A DNA stretch of 63,726 bases, filler included, from an uncultured Acidimicrobiia bacterium (GTDB taxonomy: Bacteria > Actinomycetota > Acidimicrobiia > Spongiisociales > JAOTWH01): the NCBI GenBank assembly GCA_964347285.1. It is 7 parts of 4 records of this genome, joined end to end, with 100 filler letters (N's around TTAATTAATTAA, not from the genome) between each part and the next. Parts side by side here need not be neighbours in the genome. Positions count along the whole stretch, not along the records: positions 1 to 20,930 come from CAYFYE010000001.1; positions 21,031 to 22,060 come from CAYFYE010000001.1; positions 22,161 to 33,234 come from CAYFYE010000002.1; 4 more parts are not named here. One strand, 5' to 3'. Below, piece by piece: positions 19,943 to 28,934 of this stretch. Below the pieces are notes generated by a model that was not told where the DNA came from, made no database searches, and saw only the letters and a program-made list of their open reading frames with translations. Numbering within the stretch: the first letter of the stretch is position 1; each line of letters begins with the position of its first letter. Position numbers and translations under genes: made by a program.

Positions 19943-20930
19943 ATGGCGCATACCGTCCACGTCGTCGGCACCGGGACCATCGGCGAACCGCTCATCGGGC
20001 TTCTCGTCGATCACGCCGAGACCCTCGGGATCGATGCGGTCACCTTCCACAAGCGAACTCCTCTCGTCGACGAGCGGGGCAAGGTCAGAGACCTGATGCA
20101 ACGAGGCGCGGTTCTGGCCGTCGACGAGGACCGATGGAAGGACTTCGAGGCCCTCGGCCACACCCCCAAGCTCGAAGCACGGCAGGCGATCGAGCAGGCG
20201 TCGGTCGTCATCGATTGCACCCCGGCCGGGCTGGAGAACAAGGAGAAGATCTACCGCCGCATCGAGGGTCCGCTCGGATTCCTGGCCCAGGGTTCCGAGT
20301 ACGGCTTCGGCAAGATGTACGCCCGGGGGATAAACGACGCCGCCCTGGTCAGGGGGGACCGCTTCCTCCACATCGTTTCCTGCAATACCCACAACATCGC
20401 CGCCATCATCAAGACCCTGGCGATCGAGCCCGACGGCGTCAGCCGCCTCGAGGCGGGGCGCTTCGTGTGTATGAGGCGTGCCAACGACATCAGCCAGGAC
20501 GGGTCGTTCATTCCGGGCCCGGTCGTGGGGGACCACGATCAGCCCGACTACGGCACCCACCACGCCCGCGACGCCGCCGAGCTGTTCGCCACGGTGGGCT
20601 ACGACCTCCCGCTGTGGTCGTCGGCCGTCAAGCTGAACACCCAGTACATGCACGCCCTGTGGTTCTCGCTCCAGCTCGATCGCCCGATGGGCCTCGTCGA
20701 GGCCAAAGACCGGCTGGAAGCCAATCCGCTGGTGGCCCTCACCCACAAGCGATCCGCCAACCGGATCTTCTCGTTCGGGCGCGATCACGGCTTCTACGGG
20801 CGCATCCTCAGTCAAACCGTGGTCGTGGTGGAATCGCTGGCCGTGCGCAACGAGCGGGAGCTGGTGGGCTTCTGCTTCACCCCCCAGGACGGCAACCCAC
20901 TGCTGTCGTCGGTCGCCGCCGTGCTCTGGT
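19943..20930 (+). CDS. Archaeal-type (class II) GAPDH-like dehydrogenase, truncated at contig end
   Basis: 'VVGTGTIG', 'VIDCTP', 'AQGSE', 'IVSCNTH', 'RRAND', 'THHARD' mirror class II GAPDH motifs. Confidence 0.7.
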
Positions 20931-21030
20931 NNNNNNNNNNNNNNNNNNNNNNNNNNNNNNNNNNNNNNNNNNNNTTAATTAATTAANNNNNNNNNNNNNN
21001 NNNNNNNNNNNNNNNNNNNNNNNNNNNNNN
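20931..21030. other. Artificial contig linker
   Basis: N44-TTAATTAATTAA-N44 (stops in all six frames). Confidence 0.97.
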
Positions 21031-21198
21031 GGCCTCGAGGTCACCCTCCCCGCCGAGGACGAAGGCGTCTAGGGCCAGCCACACCCCGAGGCCGATCAGC
21101 GCCAGAGCCAGCACCACCACGAGGGCGATGAGCCGGCGGTTGACGCGCTCCACCTTGCGGGCCTGCTCGATCTGCGACCGAGTGTCTACGGTCTGCAT
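21031..21198 (-). CDS. Membrane-anchored hypothetical protein, N-terminal fragment
   Basis: AGGAGG RBS, ATG 21198, TM helix LIALVVVLALALIGLGVWL; runs into linker. Confidence 0.6.
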
Positions 21199-21305
21199 GG
21201 GATACCTCCTCCCTGGATCACCCTCCGGATGCAGACACACATAACCACTCTCGATCATTCCAAGAAGAAGCCCACCGGCGCTAGAGGCGAACGGCCCCCC
21301 GGGGG

Positions 21306-22060
21306 TCAGCTCACCGAATGGCTGCGGAACTCCCAGGAGAACCTGGCGATCTCCGACAGCGCCAGAGTGAGCGACCGAGCGGCCGGGAACAGCAGCACGA
21401 TCAACGCCGGCACGAACCAGTAGTTGGCGACGTGGCGGTCCGGCATCACCGGGGTCCAGCTCTCGGACAGCACCAGGCGGCCCTCGGGGGTCTCCTCGAG
21501 CGCTCGCTGCCGTCCGTCCACGACTGCGGCGGGGAGCAGCCGGCGTGGTCGGTGAGGGCCCCGACCCGGCGGGGTCCGTCACCCTCCCACACCGCCGCAA
21601 GGCAGGTGGACTCGTACGGAGCCGTCACCGCGCTGAGGCCGGCGCCCGTGTCGGTTTCGTTGGCCAGCGCCATAATCCCGGCTCCGGCGGCCTCGGCCAG
21701 CGGAACGCCGTCTTCCACAGCGGCATAGACGGCATCGAGTTGCCCGGTGAGCGCCGCAGCGGTGGCGTAGTCCGGATTGGGGGACACCCGGAGCGGGAGA
21801 ATCGCCAGCAGCAGCCCGGTGAAGATGGCGACGTGCACTAGATGACGCATGATCCGCCGGCGACGCAGACGCTCTCGCTCCACATGCTCGGCGCTTCGCT
21901 GCAGCGCCGAGAGACGGGGAGCGGTGGCGTCGATGTGGGCCGGGACCACGGCCCGGCGGCGGCCTCCCTCTTCGTCCTCGATCACCAGCACGAAGTTGTG
22001 TGGGTCGAGCTTCTCGATGAGGTACCGCCCGCTGCGCACGCCTTCGGGCACCTCGGTCCA
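21306..22060 (-). CDS. Hypothetical membrane protein, 5'-truncated, apparent frameshift near 21531-21534
   Basis: Two consecutive frames each with a TM helix join if one base is added to a C4 run. Confidence 0.45.
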
Positions 22061-22160
22061 NNNNNNNNNNNNNNNNNNNNNNNNNNNNNNNNNNNNNNNN
22101 NNNNTTAATTAATTAANNNNNNNNNNNNNNNNNNNNNNNNNNNNNNNNNNNNNNNNNNNN
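22061..22160. other. Artificial contig linker
   Basis: N44-TTAATTAATTAA-N44. Confidence 0.97.
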
Positions 22161-22438
22161 GGCGCGCCCACGTCGAGCTCGCTCCGGTCGGCGAGGATCT
22201 GCACCACCAGGGCTAGCGGACCCTTGGTGGTACTGAAGACGGAGCACATCGTGTCTTCACCCCAGGGTTTCCCGGGCCGGGCCGGGCCGCCCCACAGATC
22301 GACGACCGGGGAACCGGCTCGATAGACGGTGCATGCGGCGCCGACGTCGCTGCGCCGGGAGAAGTTGTCGGCGAAGGCGGCGGCCACAGGCTCGAAGCCG
22401 GCCGCCACCCCGCCGTGGATCTCGGTCGGTCCGCTCAG
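22161..22438 (-). CDS. Serine hydrolase (beta-lactamase family), N-terminal fragment
   Basis: 'IHGGVAAGFEPVAAAFADNF...VVDLWGG...FSTTKG' SxxK motif; start uncertain. Confidence 0.8.
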
Positions 22439-23571
22439 AAGAGCAGGTACTCCCCGGCGATCAGGCGATCGCGCACCCCTTCCCAGTCGGAGGCGCACTC
22501 CTTGACGATCTGGGCGATGCGCGCTTCGTCCACCGCGCCGTGGACCTCGACGTGGGCCGCCTGGGGCTCGGTGACCGGGCTGCCGATCGAGCTGAGCAGG
22601 CGAACCGTGGCCTCGCGGCCCCCCGCCTCCGCCAGCGTGCGGCGGGCGATGTCATCGGCTACGGCGTGATAGGTCTTGCCGACGTGGGCGGCCGGGTTCT
22701 TCCCGGCAGTGGCTTCCAGGCTCATGGGGCGATACGGGGTGATGAGCCCGCCGAAGCGATTCCCCCGCCCCACCTGGCCATCGTCGCCCGCCTCGGCCGA
22801 AGTCCCGCCCAGCGTCAGGTAGGGCGAGTCCTCGATGTCGGCCTGATTGACCCGGATCTCCGCTTCGTCCTCGAGCGCTTCGGCCGCCACTCGCCGGGCC
22901 GCTCCCCAGATGCCGGCGACGGCCTCGTCGTACGCGGTCCGATCGGCGACCTTGGCGGCCAGCACCGGGGCGGCCACTGTGATACGCGTTCCGTTGGAGC
23001 GGGCCCCCATGACCTTGATGTCGCGGCCCACCGGGACCTCGGAGCGGAATTGATCGCTGTTGAGGTGCCGCTCTATGGCGAACACGGCTTCCTCGAGGGG
23101 AGAGCGGGGAAGGGACACGGCGGCAAACGAGGTGTCGTTGGAGAGCGGGACCTCCCTCGCATTGACGATGGCGAGATCGATCGAGGACTGGCTCAGCCAG
23201 ATCTCGACCCGAAAGGCCTCGGGATCGGCGTCGGGGAGTATCTCGGCAAGGTCGTCCTGGGCGGCTTTGACGAGCTGGTCGAGGTCGGGTTGCCAGGCGA
23301 GCATGTTGGCCTTGCCGACGAGGATGAGCCGAGCCGGTGTGAGGTGTCGACCCCCGCCGAAGCCGATGTCGACCGTTCCGGCCGCGAGCACCGCCTTGTC
23401 GACGTTGAAGTGTTGGACGGCGCCCGTATGGGCCAGGAAGTCCTGAGCCAGGCGGCGGGCCAGGCGATCGGCCAGGGCGTCGCAGATGGTGTCGGGGTGC
23501 CCGATCCCTTTCCGCTCGACGAACTCGACCGAAGGCGCGTAGGCCGGGCGATGGGTGATCGAGAGGTTCAT
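22435..23571 (-). CDS. Archaeal-type methionine adenosyltransferase
   Basis: '[16 protein letters not shown]', 'HFNVDK', 'NDTS', '[33 protein letters not shown]'. Confidence 0.9.
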   Translation of the reverse strand: MNLSITHRPAYAPSVEFVERKGIGHPDTICDALADRLARRLAQDFLAHTGAVQHFNVDKAVLAAGTVDIGFGGGRHLTPARLILVGKANMLAWQPDLDQLVKAAQDDLAEILPDADPEAFRVEIWLSQSSIDLAIVNAREVPLSNDTSFAAVSLPRSPLEEAVFAIERHLNSDQFRSEVPVGRDIKVMGARSNGTRITVAAPVLAAKVADRTAYDEAVAGIWGAARRVAAEALEDEAEIRVNQADIEDSPYLTLGGTSAEAGDDGQVGRGNRFGGLITPYRPMSLEATAGKNPAAHVGKTYHAVADDIARRTLAEAGGREATVRLLSSIGSPVTEPQAAHVEVHGAVDEARIAQIVKECASDWEGVRDRLIAGEYLLF

Positions 23572-23640
23572 GAGCACCTCGGGCGATGGGGCCGATCAGT
23601 GTAACGGTGCCGGTCGAATCGATCCGTGGGCACAGAGCGA

Positions 23641-24237
23641 TCACCCGCTCCGCCACCGCTCCCGGTGGATCACCTCGCCGGCCGGCTTCCAGCCTCGCTG
23701 GAGCGACCCCGAGCGCCGGTCGGGTGCGCCGTGCCCGATGGTGACGATTCCCACGACGGAGACGTCGTCTGGGATCGAGAGGAGATCTCCGATTCCTTCC
23801 AGAGCAGGTCCGCCGAGGAATCCGGCCGCCAGGCCTTCGGCAGCGGCGGCGAGAAGGAGCAGTATCATCGTCGCTCCGGCGTCGACCCACCAGAACGGCA
23901 CCGGCCAGGGATTCTCAACTCCGTCGGGGGCCTTGTCGGGTTCGCGGTACCGCTCGTGATAGGCCTCTTCGCGTACGCAGACGACGACGTGCACCGGGGC
24001 CCGGGAAATCCAGGGGTCGAAGCCCCGGGCCACGTAGTCGGCTTCGCCGACCGAGTCGGCGATGCGCCGTCTGCTTTCCGGATCGGTCACCACGATCATC
24101 GACTGGCCTTGGCTGAACCCGGCCGACGGCGCCTTGCGGGCCGCAGCCACGATCCGATCCAGCGCCCGGGGGTCGACGGGTTCGTCGCTGTAGTTGCGGA
24201 CCATCCTCCGCCGCCGCACCGCTTCGTAGAAGTCCAC
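23641..24237 (-). CDS. Nitroreductase family protein
   Basis: 'VRRRRMVRNY', 'APSAGFSQG', 'WWVDAG', 'EGLAAGF'. Confidence 0.9.
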   Translation of the reverse strand: MDFYEAVRRRRMVRNYSDEPVDPRALDRIVAAARKAPSAGFSQGQSMIVVTDPESRRRIADSVGEADYVARGFDPWISRAPVHVVVCVREEAYHERYREPDKAPDGVENPWPVPFWWVDAGATMILLLLAAAAEGLAAGFLGGPALEGIGDLLSIPDDVSVVGIVTIGHGAPDRRSGSLQRGWKPAGEVIHRERWRSG

Positions 24238-24238
24238 G

Positions 24239-25612
24239 TCAGATCTCGACGAGCGCCTCGTGTATTCCTTCCAGGGCCGCCTTGGCGTCGGAGAACAGCA
24301 TCAGCGTGCCTTCCCGATAGAACAACGGGTTGTCGATGCCGGCAAAGCCCGGTGAGAGACTGCGCTTGACGACCACGACCGTGGCGGCACGGTCGACCTC
24401 GAGGATCGGCATGCCGTAGATCGGACTGGTCGAATCATCCCGGGCGGCCGGGTTGACCACGTCGTTGGCTCCCAGTACGAGGACCACGTCGGTCTGGGGG
24501 AAACGGGAGTTGGCGTCGTCGAGATCGAGCAGCTGTTCATAGGGGATGTCGGCCTCGGCCAGCAGCACGTTCATGTGCCCCGGCATCCGCCCGGCGACCG
24601 GATGGATCGCATAGTTGACCGAGACCCCGCGGCCTTCGAGGGCGGTGGCCAGGTCGCGCACCGCGTGCTGGGCCTGGGCCACCGCCAGGCCGTAACCGGG
24701 AACCACCATGACCTGGCGGGCATACATCAGAGAGATGGCGACGTCGGCGGCGCTGGTGGAGGTCACCGGCCGGACGGCGGCGTCGCCGACGGCCGTCGTC
24801 CCCCCTCCGCCGAACGCGCCGAACAGCACGTTGCTCAGCGGCCGGTTCATCGCCTCGCACATGAGTGTGGTGAGGATCAGGCCGGCGGCGCCCACCAGGG
24901 CACCGCCGATGATCAATGCCGTGTTCTCGATGACGAAACCGGCTGCGGCCGCGGCCAGGCCGGAGAACGAGTTGAGCAGTGAGATGACGACCGGCATGTC
25001 GGCGCCCCCGATCGGCAGCACCATGGCCACCCCGATCACCAGCGTGGCGGCCCCCAGCAGCCACAGTGGCAGGAGGTCCCGACCAACCACCATCCACACT
25101 CCCAGCGCCACGGCTCCTGCTGCGAAAGCTCCGTTGACGACCTGCTGGCCCGGATAGGTGAGGGGCCGGCCGGACACGATCCCCTGCAGCTTGCCGAAGG
25201 CCACCATGCTCCCCGACAGGGTCACCGACCCAATCGCCATCGACAGGGCGATCGTGACGATGGTCTCGTTGGCCAATGCGTCGGGCTCGGCGCGGACCAG
25301 CTCGGCCGCGGCCACCAGGGCCGACGCCGCACCGCCGAAGCCGTTGAAGGCGGCCACGAGCTGGGGCATGGCGGTCATCTGCACCTGGATGGCCGCCGTC
25401 GCGCCCAGAGCGGCCCCCACGGCGAGTCCGGCGGCGATGGTTGTCCAGTCGGCGATGTCCTGGTCGACGAGCGTGATGACGATGGCGGCCAGCATCCCCA
25501 GCGCCGCCAGCCCGTTCCCCAAACGAGCGGTCCGGGGCGAGCTCAGCCGGCGCAGCCCGAAGATGAACAGCGCCGCCGAACCGAGGTAGCCGAGCTGGGC
25601 GGCCGCGGTCAC
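24239..25612 (-). CDS. pntB: NAD(P) transhydrogenase beta subunit
   Basis: 'MPQLVAAFNGFGG', 'IGGADMPVVISLLNS', 'VPGYGLAVAQAQH', 'HPVAGRMPGHMNVLLAEA'. Confidence 0.96.
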   Translation of the reverse strand: MTAAAQLGYLGSAALFIFGLRRLSSPRTARLGNGLAALGMLAAIVITLVDQDIADWTTIAAGLAVGAALGATAAIQVQMTAMPQLVAAFNGFGGAASALVAAAELVRAEPDALANETIVTIALSMAIGSVTLSGSMVAFGKLQGIVSGRPLTYPGQQVVNGAFAAGAVALGVWMVVGRDLLPLWLLGAATLVIGVAMVLPIGGADMPVVISLLNSFSGLAAAAAGFVIENTALIIGGALVGAAGLILTTLMCEAMNRPLSNVLFGAFGGGGTTAVGDAAVRPVTSTSAADVAISLMYARQVMVVPGYGLAVAQAQHAVRDLATALEGRGVSVNYAIHPVAGRMPGHMNVLLAEADIPYEQLLDLDDANSRFPQTDVVLVLGANDVVNPAARDDSTSPIYGMPILEVDRAATVVVVKRSLSPGFAGIDNPLFYREGTLMLFSDAKAALEGIHEALVEI

Positions 25613-25902
25613 TTTCGGTCCTCGGGCTTGCGGCGGAACATGCCCAGCATGCGGTCGGTGACCAAGAAGCCGCCGACGACGTTGATCGTTGCGGTGACGA
25701 CCGCCAAGAACGCCAGCACCGTGGCGAGCCCGCCGGCTCCGAATCCGGCGGCGGTGAGCGCTCCGACGATCGTGATGCCAGAAATGGCGTTGGCTCCCGA
25801 CATCAGCGGGGTGTGCAGGGTCGGAGGCACCTTGGTGATGACCTCGAACCCGACGAACGTGGCCAACACGAACACGGTGATGCCGACGATCAGCGGGCTC
25901 AT
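25609..25902 (-). CDS. pntAB: NAD(P) transhydrogenase alpha subunit, membrane part (split alpha-2)
   Basis: 'VPPTLHTPLMSGANAISG', 'INVVGGFLVTDRML'. Confidence 0.95.
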   Translation of the reverse strand: MSPLIVGITVFVLATFVGFEVITKVPPTLHTPLMSGANAISGITIVGALTAAGFGAGGLATVLAFLAVVTATINVVGGFLVTDRMLGMFRRKPEDRK

Positions 25903-27023
25903 CCGGCCTCCTCGGAGCCCGCCGCTCGTCTTGCCTCGGGATGACGGATCTCACCGGCATGGGCGACACAGGCGCCATCGACGATCTCGTCGTCGAAGTC
26001 GAGCTCGATCTCGCCCTCCGCGGTGAGGTGGCGCAGCAGCTCGAGGACGTTGCGCCCGTACATGTCCGAGGCATCGGAGGCGACCCGGCTCGGCAGGTCC
26101 TCGGGCCCGAGGATCGAGACACCGGCATGGTCCACCTCTGCTCCGGGCCGGGTGAGCGCACAATTGCCTCCGGCGGGAGCCGCCACATCGACGATGACCG
26201 TTCCCGGCCGCATCCGCTCGACCATTCCGGCGTCGATCAGCAAGGGCGCCGGTCGGCCCGGGATCAGAGCCGTGGTGATGACGACGTCCGACCTGGCCAC
26301 CTCCGGAGTGAGCGCCTCGAGCTGGCGCCGTTGGGCGTCTTCGGCCACTTCTCGGGCATAGCCGGCCGCGGTGGCCGCCTCCGCGTCAACTGGGGCCTCG
26401 ACGAAGGAGGCCCCGAGGCTTTCCACCTGCTCGCGGGCCTCAGGGCGGATGTCGTACGCGGAGACGATCGCACCGAGGCGGCGGGCTGTGGCAACGGCCT
26501 GGAGGCCAGCCACGCCGGTCCCGAGCACGAGGACCCGGGAGGGGCGGATGGTTCCGGCGGCAGTCGTCAGCATGGGGAAGAAGCGAGGGGACGCCGCAGC
26601 TGCGGCCAGAACGGCGGCGTAGCCGGCGGCGGTGGCCTGCGAGGAAAGCGCGTCCATGCTCTGGGCGAGCGTGGTGCGCGGCATCGCCTCGAAGGCGAAC
26701 GCGGTGAGCTTGCGCTCGGCGAGGGTTCGCACCACGGCTCCATCGGTGAACGGGGCCAGGAAGCCGATGACGGTGGCTCCTTCCCCGGCCCGGGCCAGAT
26801 GATCACCGGGGGGAGGGCCCACGATGGCGATCACCTCTGCGGACCAGGGATCGCCGATCTCGGCGCCGTTGGCCCGAAAGGCCTCGTCGGGAAAGCCGGC
26901 CGCCCGACCGGCATCCGGCTCGACCGTCACGGTCGCCAGCCCGGCCATCGACTTGGCGATGGTCGGGGTGACCGCCACGCGGCGCTCGGCTGGGTCAGGT
27001 TCCTTGGGGATTCCGACTCGCAT
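25899..27023 (-). CDS. pntAA: NAD(P) transhydrogenase alpha subunit, NAD-binding part (alpha-1)
   Basis: 'MRVGIPKE', 'QSMDALSSQ', 'GTGVAGLQA', 'TALIPGRPAP', 'GGNC'. Confidence 0.94.
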   Translation of the reverse strand: MRVGIPKEPDPAERRVAVTPTIAKSMAGLATVTVEPDAGRAAGFPDEAFRANGAEIGDPWSAEVIAIVGPPPGDHLARAGEGATVIGFLAPFTDGAVVRTLAERKLTAFAFEAMPRTTLAQSMDALSSQATAAGYAAVLAAAAASPRFFPMLTTAAGTIRPSRVLVLGTGVAGLQAVATARRLGAIVSAYDIRPEAREQVESLGASFVEAPVDAEAATAAGYAREVAEDAQRRQLEALTPEVARSDVVITTALIPGRPAPLLIDAGMVERMRPGTVIVDVAAPAGGNCALTRPGAEVDHAGVSILGPEDLPSRVASDASDMYGRNVLELLRHLTAEGEIELDFDDEIVDGACVAHAGEIRHPEARRAAGSEEAG

Positions 27024-27084
27024 CAGCGCGAATCTACGAGGCGACCGGCGGATTCCCAAGCCCGGACGGCCCGGTCCCGGGTAC

Positions 27085-27241
27085 GAGAATGGGGCCGGGA
27101 GCGCAGGGGGAAACGCTCCCGGCCCCGTGTGCTGGAGAACTCTGCTCCAGCGAGCCATGTGGGCCCGAGAGGGAACCGGGCGCCCACCTCGGCTCGTTGC
27201 CGCCAGAGGGGGCGGGAGGGTGTTGCCCCTCTAGGCTGGGC
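27085..27241 (-). ncRNA. Candidate structured small RNA with C-rich loops (6C/cuckoo-like architecture)
   Basis: Four consecutive hairpins; three loops read AACACCCUCCC, UUCCCUCU and UUUCCCCCUG on the minus strand; ECF-type promoter immediately upstream; ends approximate. Confidence 0.55.
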
Positions 27242-27247
27242 AGCCAC

Positions 27248-27284
27248 TTGGACCCGGTCTCCACCGACGGAGTTCTGTGTTTTT
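27248..27284 (-). promoter_or_regulatory. ECF-type promoter for candidate sRNA
   Basis: AAAA-N4-AGAACT-N17-GTCCAA. Confidence 0.6.
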
Positions 27285-27306
27285 CGACTCGAGAGGGCCG
27301 TGGCCC

Positions 27307-27343
27307 AAAACTGGAGAACCGCACGAGGCGGGGACGTGTCTAA
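27307..27343 (+). promoter_or_regulatory. ECF-type autoregulatory promoter of the sigma gene
   Basis: AAAA-N4-AGAACC-N17-GTCTAA, six nt before ATG 27350. Confidence 0.65.
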
Positions 27344-27349
27344 TTGGAC

Positions 27350-27885
27350 ATGGGGGGAATGGACGATCGATCTGACTTCCAGCTCGTTCGAGCAGCGAGC
27401 GAGGATCTGGGAGCTTTCGGCGAGTTGGTACGACGCCATCAGGACTTCGTCTTTGGGGCAGCGATGCGAGTGGTGAGGAACCCGGTCGTGGCCGAAGAAG
27501 TGGCCCAGGAAACCTTCATCAGAGCCTTTCGCGCTTCGGCCGACTTCCGCGGTGAAGCCCAGGTGCGTTCCTGGCTCTACCGGATCGCTACAACCTCGCT
27601 CTCAACGTGGTGAGCCGGCGCCGCAATCCGACCGAAGACCTCCCCGATCGGCCCGTTCTGGTCGGGCCGGAGAGCGCAGCCGTCGCCTCGGCCTTGCGCC
27701 GGGATCTCCACGAGGCCATCGCCGAGCTTCCCGACAACCTGCGGCGCCCGCTCGAGCTGCGGGAGCTGGAACACCGCAGCTACGACGAGATTGCCGAGGA
27801 GCTGGGCGTCCCGCTGAACACCGTTCGGACCAGGATTCTGCGAGGTCGACGGGCACTGGGCGAGAAGCTGGAGGCGTGGCGATGA
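27350..27885 (+). CDS. ECF sigma-70 factor, interrupted by a 1-bp frameshift near 27591
   Basis: Region 2 'AEEVAQETFIRAF...SWLYRIAT' continues in another frame as 'NLALN...SYDEIAEELGVPLNTVRTRILRGR' (region 4). Confidence 0.85.
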
Positions 27886-28208
27886 CCGTGGAGAGCGCTC
27901 CGCGCAGCTGCGGCGTCGCCGACGAGACACTGTTCGAGTTCTCGCTCGGAGACGTGCCGGTCGATCTGGCCGGGGTGGCCATCCCCGAGCCGGACATCGA
28001 CGCACACGTGAGCGGGTGCGACGAGTGCCAGGCCTTCCTCGCCGAGCTGTGGGAGGGGTCCCTCGACAAGGATCTCTCCGAGCCGGTTCTGAAGATCATC
28101 GAGCTCGAGCTGTTCCTGATCGAGCTGGCCAAGCTGGGAGGGGGTATTCTCGCTTCCTTCGCCGAGGCGCTCCTCGCCTACGCGCTGGAACCCGAAGCGG
28201 AGGACTAG
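27882..28208 (+). CDS. Putative zinc-binding anti-sigma factor
   Basis: HxxxCxxC ('HVSGCDEC') plus upstream Cys; ATGA overlap with sigma stop. Confidence 0.75.
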   Translation: MTVESAPRSCGVADETLFEFSLGDVPVDLAGVAIPEPDIDAHVSGCDECQAFLAELWEGSLDKDLSEPVLKIIELELFLIELAKLGGGILASFAEALLAYALEPEAED

Positions 28209-28226
28209 CCGAAGCTCGGAGGAAGA

Positions 28227-28934
28227 GTGGTCGTCGCCCTGGCTGCGTGGCTGGAAGGGCTCATCACCGTTGCGGCCGTAGCCGGGGCACTGCTGCTCCT
28301 CTGGCTGGTGTGGCGGCTCGTCTGCAAGCGGGTCCCTGAGACGATCGCCCAGCTGGTCGACCAGCTCATTCCCGTGTTGGTCGTTGCCGGCATCGTGGTG
28401 GCGGTGCTCGTGGTCATCGATCCCGATCAGGCCGAGCTGCTGATCGACGGGGTGATCCGCTACATCCCGGTGACGCTGGTGGCCATCATCGTGGTCACCT
28501 TGGCCCGGGCACTGGGGCGCATTCTCGGCTTGTTCGTAGAGACGGCTCTGCGCCCGGTGTCGGACGTGATGGCGGTGCGGGGGCGCTTGATCACCTCCTC
28601 GCTCATTCTCGGGGTGGGGCTCATCGTCGCTCTCCAGCAGCTGGGCGTCTCTACCGACATCATCCTCATTCTGGTGGCGGCGTTCGCCTTCGGAACGGCG
28701 CTGGCGGCGGCGCTCGCCGTCGGTTTGGGAGCCGTACCGCTGGCGCGCCAGGTGGCCGCCGGGCGCCACGTCAAAGAGCGCCACTCCGAGGGTCAGCTGA
28801 TCCGCATCGGAGAGCTGGAGGGCCGGGTCGAGAGGATCGGTCTGGCCACCACACGGGTCGAAGCGATGGACGGCGGCTCCATCGAGGTACCGAACGACGA
28901 GTTCCTGGGCACCAACGTGGAGATCCTGCGCTAA
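28227..28934 (+). CDS. MscS-family mechanosensitive channel protein
   Basis: Several TM helices, then 'GQLIRIGELEGRVERIGLATT...IEVPN'. Confidence 0.8.
   Translation: MVVALAAWLEGLITVAAVAGALLLLWLVWRLVCKRVPETIAQLVDQLIPVLVVAGIVVAVLVVIDPDQAELLIDGVIRYIPVTLVAIIVVTLARALGRILGLFVETALRPVSDVMAVRGRLITSSLILGVGLIVALQQLGVSTDIILILVAAFAFGTALAAALAVGLGAVPLARQVAAGRHVKERHSEGQLIRIGELEGRVERIGLATTRVEAMDGGSIEVPNDEFLGTNVEILR

Noticed and set aside
24239..26188. 649-aa ORF suggesting a PntA-PntB fusion
   Set aside because: The upstream part is out of frame with pntA; pntB starts at the GTGA overlap at 25612
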